A stretch of DNA of 64,000 bases from Octopus vulgaris (lineage: Eukaryota). Where the stretch lies: NCBI GenBank assembly GCA_951406725.2, contig OX597815.1, positions 149,544,001 to 149,608,000 of the forward strand, in the 5' to 3' direction. Each line of letters opens with the position of its first letter. Positions within the stretch are counted from its first letter, which is position 1. This document shows positions 54,731 through 64,000 of the stretch, piece by piece. The position numbers were made by a program, and so were the translations under genes. The notes beneath the pieces are model-generated. The model was given only the letters and a program-made list of their open reading frames with translations, was not told the origin of the DNA and made no database searches.

Positions 54731-55382
54731 GTATATATAGTATATTTGTAGCTGTAAGTATGTGCAAATACATAAAAAATTATTCTTGTTAATATTCATT
54801 GAAATCAGATTTAAACACAACTAACTGAAAGTATAAATAATATTTCATTCAATAAGAACATGTTTTTATAGATCATTATTATTTTCTACATGGAGAATAT
54901 AATATCTATGTATTTCAGGATTGGAATTTATTACAAGAGCAGCTTCTACATTGTATGGTTCCATGAGAAATCAATATCGGTTACTAGCATGTAAATTCTA
55001 GGAATTTATTTTATGTAATAGAATATTAAATATATGAACAGGTTTATATTTATGAAGAGAATATACACATTTTGATGAATATCTAGTGTATGAGTGTAAC
55101 TAAGTATTTTTATATATGCTTCAGTTCATATACTTATACATACACAGGTATATATACATATAAATACATGTATATATATATTTTATGTGTTTATATATAT
55201 GTATATGTATGCATGTGGATGTATGTATAAATATATATACATATACATATATAAATATATATATATATATACATTATATATATATGCAGACAATTAAATA
55301 CTTACATATGTATATAAATATATATTTCAAAAATAATGTTTTGTTGGTTTATACATATATATATATATATATACATGCGTTA

Positions 55383-55424
<42 letters not shown>

Positions 55425-55556
55425 TTATAGTTTCTTATTTAAAAATGTTTCATCTGTTCACATGTTTATGAATTTAAATATTTTCACTGCATCAAATTTT
55501 TAGATAAATTTTTGTAGTTATATATTTTCATCAATAGGCATTTCCGCATGTGTCTA

Positions 55557-55607
<51 letters not shown>

Positions 55608-56109
55608 TGTGTGGGCGGGTGTGTACGTTTGTACATACATGTATATATACATTCAAACATAAATTTCCTAAGAATGATATTTTCGAACCTCGCCTTTCTG
55701 ACAGAAATACCGGTTATCGAATATCGTGCCTATTGTCATAAGTAATTGAGAAATGAGCGTGCTTAGCTGGACCACGTTAGTATCACTACTTTCTCTCTTT
55801 GCATATGTGAGCGTGTGAGTGTAAGTGAGTGTGTATGCTTGCATACACACACACGCATATATATATATATATATATATGTGTGTGTATGCATATATATAT
55901 ATATAGGTATATATGCATACATGTGTATATGTATATATATATATATATGAACACACACACGCACACACACATATATATGCATACATATATATATATATAT
56001 ATATATTTGTATATTATTGATAATATAAAATATGAACATTATTATTATTGTTGTTGTTGTTATTTCTCTTATCATTTTCAATGACGCTTTTTCTCTGGCA
56101 GTTATTATA

Positions 56110-58345
56110 CCGACAGTATACCAAAAGAGCGAGCCCTGTCCAAATGGCCAAATCTCTTTGATCTTCTTAACACTTTCTCTGGAAACATTGATGTTCCTAA
56201 CAACGCTGTTTTCTGAAACAGTCTCGTTCTGATGATAATTTCTACCTTCTCAACCCATGCATCCAATCTTTTACTGACTGCTTCCAGTCGCTAACCACAA
56301 TCGGCACCACTTCTTCATGTTTGATTCTCCATAGTTTCCTAATTTCCCACTTCAGCTCCCGATACTGCTCTAATTTCACACTTTCATGTGCCGTGATAGA
56401 TACCAGCTGTCCACGTCTCTTTTGGAGTTTAGAACCCTTTTGGCGTCATCTCTTTCCTAGTCTTTTCTTCCTATATTCATCACGTCTCCACTCTATCTGA
56501 CCAACACTCTACCTTAGAGCTGCAATGGCCCATGTGTTGACATAGAGTATCTTACTCCTACCATTCTGTCTTTAATACCAATTTCTCTCTCAGATTGCAT
56601 TCCTTTTATAGCAGCTCAGTCATGTGCTTCTCTTTCAGTTAGACGGTTTCCAGGATGACTAAGTACTTATACCTGTTGTCGCCAAGTTCCTTCATAACTT
56701 GCCCGTCTGGTAACATAATCCCTTACAGATCACCAATTATACCTCTCTTAAGTAGTAGCATCCTACACATATTTATATGCGAAACTCCATTCCCGTGTCC
56801 TTGCTGAATGTATGAAGTCTCTATACGTGGAAATGAATCTGTTTATAGCTTCTCTTCCGTAAGAGTTTTAGGTCAGACATTAACTATAGTTGGTTTATCA
56901 TAAATTCGTGCCCTGCTCTCTATTCGTAATCAGCAGTTACCCTTCTCAACACTAATAAATATGGAATCATATACGATAAAAACAGCAAAGGTGAAAGACT
57001 GTCTCCTTAGAATATTCCTGTCTTGATGTTCACAACTCCCAGTTTCAGTCAATATGATGTCAGATCAGTCTTCCAAACAGCCATACAGCTCACCAGAAAC
57101 TCTGAGTTACAATGCCACACATTTCCAAACATTCCTCTATCCAACAATGTGGCACAGTGTCATAACTCTTACGGTAGAAGATCCAGGCATGTTTCTACAC
57201 TGGATAGTTATCATATCAGATGTTATCTCTAATACTTCCCAATGACTATCCCTAATGTCTTTTTTTATATCAATCCAAAACTTCTGACTTCCATCTCTCT
57301 CAGGGATGGCATCATCACTCCTAAACATGTCATTCATCTCTTGATATAAACTCTTCTGATTTTGTTGGAAACGTACATTCTGTTGCTATCTCGTGACCCG
57401 TTGTTCCTACCTCTTGTTCTTTGCAGCATTGGAAAGTACCCTTTGTTTCAGATCTTCATTTACAGTAGTAAACTTCATTCTCCTGATATTTGACATACCT
57501 GTCAGTTTTTCTATCTTTTTAATTCAGCTAGTTTTTCCCTTTCAACAATATCAATATGTTTTCTACGCATTTTGACATCCCCCTCGATTCTCCTTTTCCA
57601 CAATGATTCCTTGATCTTCTTGTGTGTAGTCTGTTTTAGATCTGCTTCATTTGTAATGTAACGACTTGGAGCGCCGATGAGATCGTTGGTTACTGGGGTC
57701 TTTCTAGTTGGCAACTTGTTAACGATGTGGTTTACATTGTTAGATACTTCTAGCTGACGTTGGTTTCCTTTTCTAAACTTGTTTGGATTACTGCCTCCTG
57801 ATTTAGAAATTTCCAGTATATCGGTAATCATTCACCTGTCTTTTTCCGATATATCTTTCAGTTCATTGATTGCCAAAGTCACCTCCCGCATTATCTCGAG
57901 CATTCAGTTCCGCGGCTTCTGTTTGATGCCATCATTTCCCACAATTTCATCTCTCTTTGAATCTCCAATATCGTCCAGAATCTCTATCCACAATATAAAC
58001 TTCTTATCCTCCAAACTCTGCTGGTTTGTCTTTTTTTTATCATTTCAAACTTCATCTCAGATTGCCATCTGCTTTTGTGTATTGCCCTTGACTGATTACA
58101 ACTACTCTGTACACTGGAGTCAAAGGACCCTATCTACTCCAATATTCGTAGTATCGTCCTCTAATTGACCTCTAGTATGTACTCTAATTGAAACGCCATT
58201 TTTCCATTATAGGCTTGCTTCTAAAATAACACTCCATTAGAGCACTGTTTACTACCTTAATTAACTTCATTCTAGCAGAATTATGATGACTTCAAGCACT
58301 GCGTTGCTCACCCCAGCGGACGAGGGACGTTCCAGCATCATTCAC
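56110..58345 (-). mobile_element. R4/Dong-clade non-LTR retrotransposon remnant (RT + RLE), internally deleted
   Basis: GIF*GDSLSPLLF, GMEFRI..C, GIMLPDG, YKYLVILE; RLE end EQYRELKWEIRKLW...VVPIVV...QKTALLGT; (ATT)n/(GTT)n next to the 3' end. Confidence 0.82.
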
Positions 58346-58499
58346 ATCTTTGTGGACACGAATGTTTTGATTAATTTCATTTATTGGTAGTAGAGGTTTT
58401 GAAGGTCAGACTACGAGTGTTTTATTTCTGCATTTTGTTTTGTTATTCTTTTAACACTTTTCTTCTGAAAGATTATCTTTGGATCTCGCTTGTTGGGCG

Positions 58500-58549
<50 letters not shown>

Positions 58550-58557
58550 CATATATA

Positions 58558-59766
58558 TAGGGTTGACAACTAAGTTCCCGCCGCTTTTTTTAATATACAT
58601 TTTTTTAAATGTATAATAAAGAATAACAACTAATTAATCAATAATGTATTTACCCTAGTTGTTATCAACTTCTTCCTAACGTTCAACAAGATTTTCTATC
58701 TCGATGGTAGAAATCACCCGGTTTCGACTCGGAAAATTGATCCAAGGAAACTCTCAATTCTGCATTAGTATTGAACGAAACACCGCGCAAACATTTGAAA
58801 GAGATCGAAAGAGGTGGAAATCCATTGGAGTCAAATCAGGAGAGTACGGCAGGTGTTGCAGCACTTCCCAGCCATGCATTTGAATGGCTTCCTTTGTCAT
58901 ATTGGCGATATAAGGGCGAGCGTTGTCGTGCAGCAGAAGAACTCCATGCTGACGATTAGGTCATTTCTCTTGAATAGTCGTGTTGAGTCCTTCCAGCTGT
59001 TGAACTTAGAGTTCCGCGTTGACCATTTGGTTCCGTTCATGCAATTCGTAATGGATAATCCCTTCCCAGTCCCACCTATGCACAACATCGTTTTACGTGG
59101 ATGAAAATCGTGTTTACCGAGGCTGAGCCATTCCTTACGCTGCTTCATATTGATGTACAGGCACCATTTTTCATCGCCAGTAACTATTCGGGAAAGAAAT
59201 CGTTACTTGTGCCCGTGAGTTGAGCGGTGACGAGCAAGCAAACCAGCGAAGACTGTGGTTCGTTGACTTTTGTTGTTGTTACTTAAAGCATGCGGAACCC
59301 GTGCTCCATTTTTCTGAACCTTTTCTATAGCAGTGTGGAAGCATTCCATTTATTCTGCCAGTTCCCTTGGCGTTTGACGAGAATTTTCGTGCAAAAGTTG
59401 AAGTTGGTTTAGTCGCTATTCATCGAACTCAGCTGGACAGCCAGAACGAGGTGCGTCTTTGAGATCAAAATTTTCATTTTTGAACTTGGCATACCAATCA
59501 CGAGCAGTTCTTTCAGCGATAGCACCCTCTCCATGTACAGCACACATATTGCACCGTGAGAACCTTGATTAAAAGCAAAAAGAAGGTGTCGAAAATGCTT
59601 GTTTTTCTTAACTTGACATTCCATTTTAATGATCTAAAAATAAACAAAAAAATGGATTCCAAAAGGATTCAAAAATAGAATTCTCCCCCAAAATAGATTA
59701 CAAAATTTTAAAACGCAATAAATTCCAAAATATAAAAAAAAAACGTATCTTAGTTGCCAACCCAAT
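58558..59766 (-). mobile_element. Near full-length mariner element (dead transposase, both TIRs)
   Basis: TIRs TAGGGTTGACAACTAAGTTCCCG / CGTATCTTAGTTGCCAACCCAAT; MECQVKKNKHFRHLLFAFNQGS, IVTGDEKWCLYIN, HPRKTMLCI, LHDNARP, PYSPDL; frameshifts. Confidence 0.93.
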
Positions 59767-60639
59767 GTGTATGTGTGTGTGTGTGTGTATGTGTTCGTAT
59801 ATACATACATACGTATATGGTTATATATATATACACCCACACACACGCACAAATATATACATAGATACGTACACACACACGCACGCACATATATATATAT
59901 GTATGTACGTATTAGCATGTCATACATACAAGTCGCCAACTCTACAAATATTCTACGATGTGAAATAATGTCTCCCCTAATTTAATATCTCTCTTTTATT
60001 AATAGTTTATAATTTTGTTATTTCGATTTTATATCATATTCGTCCCAAACTTCAAGCATTACTTCTTAACACAAGTTGTCGTTTAAACTTTACATCGAAC
60101 GATAGTTTGCCTGAGAGTATTTAAGCTTGAAAAGATGGGTTGTAAATAATAAAGTTAAAACTCAATAAATTGGAAATTGTGAGATATAACCCAATTGTGC
60201 AGCATATAATTTCGTATTTGTCGTTACACTATTGCTATAGTTTAATATGGAATTGAGATAAATATATTTTAGTTGCTTAGTTCTTAAAATGAACTAATAT
60301 TTTTCCTATTAAACTTCATGCTTTGGTGTGGACAAACGAATATTTCACATTCGAAGTAGTTCATGATTCGAGTGTTTAATAGGAAGGTGGAGAGATGGTG
60401 AGATAGCAGAATGGTTAGCACGCCAGAATTCAGCAGAGTTTACACTCTGCCAAGATCGAGATTGTATTTATCGTTTCGGGTACGGTAAAATAAATACAAA
60501 TTCAGCATTGGGGTCAACGTGATCAGTTTTATCCTCCAAACGAAAGCAGAGAAAACAGAAAAGAAAAACAAGACAAGTACAAAAACGACAATACGAAGCA
60601 TTACGCAACAAGGGACTTCACAATCAGTTCCATGTAAAC

Positions 60640-61200
60640 ATAACTGGAGTTGCTGGAAAACATAGGTGGGATTGGCTGAAGAAATGAACACTGAAAAAAG
60701 AGACTGAAACGACTGTATTGGAAGCGCAAGACCAAGCTTTGGTCACGAATAGGATGGTCAACCTTTGGAATAAGCAAGCTGTGGCATCACGATGAGGTAG
60801 CGAAAGTACTACACTGGAAGTTGAGCGAAGAGTTGGGGCAACAGAGAAGCAAGACGTTGTATGATCAAAAAGCACTGAGAGTGGCGGAGTCAGAGACTTG
60901 CTAAATACTCTTGGATTTCCCAATCCAAACAGATCAGGTAGTAGAGTATAACAGGCTGGACACAGTTGCAATGGTCAAGATATACAACCTGTGCTTTATA
61001 ATTGATGCTGTGTGTCCCTTTGACCCACGAATATTCAAGAAGTCGAAGAACTTGATGAATACAATCTTCTTAAGTATGAAATATATGTACAGCTATGGAA
61101 AACGAAGGCGAAGTTATTGCTAACTATTCTTGGGTCATTGGGGAAATATATAGGAAATCAGATGAGAGTGTCCAGTAGAGCTATTACAAGAGTGTCTGGT
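60640..61200 (+). mobile_element. R4/Dong-clade 3' fragment
   Basis: WDWLKK*TLKKETETTVLEAQDQALVTN, LDFPIQTD, CFIIDAVCPFDPRI; degraded. Confidence 0.75.
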
Positions 61201-61836
61201 AAAGCTATTACAAAAGTCTGACACACAGACTTACACGTGCACATATGCATACTCTGTATGAATGCGCACAAATATGCATTCGCGTTTTCAAAACACTTAG
61301 ACATGTTGACATACATACAGATGTATAACCAACCAAGCATATCAAATGGATTGGCGTACGCGGAAAGATGCATTCATGCAATTTACTTTGCTCACACATT
61401 TTGCTAGTCTCACAAATATATATCTACATACATACATACTTAGAGACGATAAGAGGGAAAGAAATTGGTCCAAACAGGCATAAGCACAACTTTACACACG
61501 CACAAAGAAATACGTTCATGCACATTTAAACATATGCAGTCACATATACACAAGCAGTCACATATACACGAGCACATATGCACAAGCAAACACACCCATA
61601 GACACACACTTACACACATTTTGAGATACAAACACCAAATCCAACGAACAGATCAGCAATTTATCGTTCATGAGATGCTAATGCAGATGAGCAATAAAAA
61701 TAATATTTAGGCAAAAAAGTAAATATAAAGATGGAGTAGATTATTGTCAAATTGCATTCAAAGATTCAAATTATACTCTGTGGGCAAAAAGCACAGTTAG
61801 TGGTCGTAACATCATCGTCAACATCGTCAACATCAT

Positions 61837-61872
<36 letters not shown>

Positions 61873-63230
61873 TGGTAGTGGTAGTAGTAGTAGTAGTAGC
61901 ATGCATACTTATGTATATTATGTATATATGTATGTGTGTCTGTATGTTTATATATGTGTGTGGGTGTGGGTGTGAGTGTATATATACACACATACATACA
62001 CACATACACACATGCGCACACACACGCATATATATATAGGTTGATAGATTGATACATATATAATACATATACATACGTACATACATATTTACATACATAC
62101 ATATTATATGTTCAGAAATATTTGTATGTGCGTTGAAACATTAAACCAAACAGAAAGGTAAAACAAAATGCATTTGCATATATAATTTTACAAAACAGAT
62201 GTATATGTGTTATGTAATATGTATATGCCCCAGCATGGGGTGTCTATAATTTGGAAGGAAACATGTAAAAACCGCTCACTATACATACACACACACGCAC
62301 AGAAAACATTACAGATTCTGTAACATTACATTGAACATGGCAACATTAGCTCAGCCACTCTTTATGCCCGGAAGCAAACATCATTACGCTGTGTCCCGTC
62401 AAGATATTTTAATAGCAGAGTCAGTAGTTTTGTTAGAATTTTTTTCTTTCTTTATTTAATTATTCGTTTTTTTTTATTTTTATTTTGATATTAACTTTAT
62501 TGTGCTGCAACTATTTAAGAAGTACAATCACATACGTTACTTGAAGCTCCCGGAGCTAATTTCTATGCTCATTAATTCCAAAATATTTTCTATAGACTGA
62601 CAGGTGTGGTGATTGAAACACGATTTGAAATTTTGTTATACTAATGGTTAATAGTTATATATATATATATATATATGATTTTGTATTTAATTTATTCTAG
62701 TAATAATAGTTTGAATAGATTTCGAAATATATGTGTATTTTACTCTGAAACGAAAGAAATTAAAAAACAGAAATATGATTCTATTTTTGATATCCTGCAT
62801 TTTTTTTCGATATCTCTATCGATTGGTGTTTGCTATATATTTATATCTATTTCGCTTGTAATTTAAATTTTTAATTTCTAACAATAATTTTTTTTTTACC
62901 TGACGAATATAAATATTATAGAAAATATTATTTCGAAACAGAGTTTTAAAGAATGCTTATCTATAAAATGAAGAACACTTTGAAACTAAGAAACACATAC
63001 ACAGAAAGATAATCAAAGTAGTTCTACGCTTACTAGCCTAGTGTACTAGTCGTACACAAACACCGCATAGGTGCATAGATACACATCTATATATAAGTAT
63101 ATATCTCTTTATCTCACTATCTGCCTCTCTCACTATGCATGCAGACACGCACGCATGTATATATATATTTGCATACATATAGGAACGACATACATGGTTT
63201 TGCACATACACACAAACTCACACACGCACA

Positions 63231-63284
<54 letters not shown>

Positions 63285-63465
63285 CACGCACAAACACACG
63301 CACTTAGATAGATAGACAGGTAGGTTGATAGACGGAGAGACAAACAGACAGACAGAGAGATAAGAAAGTATTTACCAAATTGTATTCGTATGATCACAAT
63401 GATACATATATATTGATATGTATTACATGTACACATACACATACACACACGTGCACACACACGCA

Positions 63466-63567
<102 letters not shown>

Positions 63568-64000
63568 TATGCACACACCTTATCTCTCATTTCCTCTCAG
63601 AATAGAATGAGGTATGTGAAAAGAAACTCCGTCTGGAATGAGGAAATACATCTGGGTGCAGGTTTGAATAGATTTTCATCGTATTATCTGATTCTGATGC
63701 ATCTGTGGAATGTATGCAATTGTCAGCTATCTTAGACAATCTGCAACAAGCAATTATTGCTAACGTCACTTTAAATCGACAAATTGTTGTCAGAAATCTG
63801 CTATAGAAAATCGGGGATACATCACAATGAGTATATTCCAAATGGTATTACATTTTCCGATCATGGTTTGAAATTTGTGGTAGGTGTATAATACTGGTGT
63901 CCCATTTCACTTGCAGGAATAGATTCAATAGGTGTTTTATTCCACAAAACGGCACTGAGCAGACACGAGCGTATTATAGCAAATTTATAGATAGATAGAT

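Noticed and set aside
63584-63617. Possible 11 nt micro-exon (TTTCCTCTCAG|AATAGAATGAG|GTATGT)
   Set aside because: Splice-like signals alone are expected by chance in 64 kb; no supporting exons or recognisable peptide. Needs RNA-seq.

Overview
AT-rich, microsatellite-dense eukaryotic non-coding DNA (intergenic or a very large intron). The SINE families and the abundance of (TA)n/(CA)n/(CATA)n/(GATA)n point to an octopus genome; this is my inference from remembered repeat sequences, not a database result. I found no convincing host exon, and nearly all short ORFs in the track are microsatellite read-throughs. The window holds a pile of decayed mobile elements: several tRNA-headed SINE families, LINE remnants (RTE, CR1-group, R4/Dong, L1/Tx1), Penelope-like fragments with GIY-YIG domains, mariner and Chapaev-type DNA transposons, a mariner MITE, non-autonomous Helitrons and fold-back mini-elements. 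Four things stand out. (1) Hammerhead ribozyme motifs lie inside direct repeats, best in a 370 bp-139 bp-370 bp element at 51941-52820 that looks like a retrozyme or tandem Penelope pLTR. (2) A full-length 5S rRNA copy at 39001-39120 (minus strand) is fused to the 3' tail of the dominant SINE, giving a SINE3-like chimera. (3) That SINE tail is shared with a CR1-group LINE in the same window, with a covarying terminal stem-loop. (4) Near-perfect 87-135 bp copies of upstream flank appear at the ends of Penelope-type inserts in TA tracts. All alignments and folds were done by eye.
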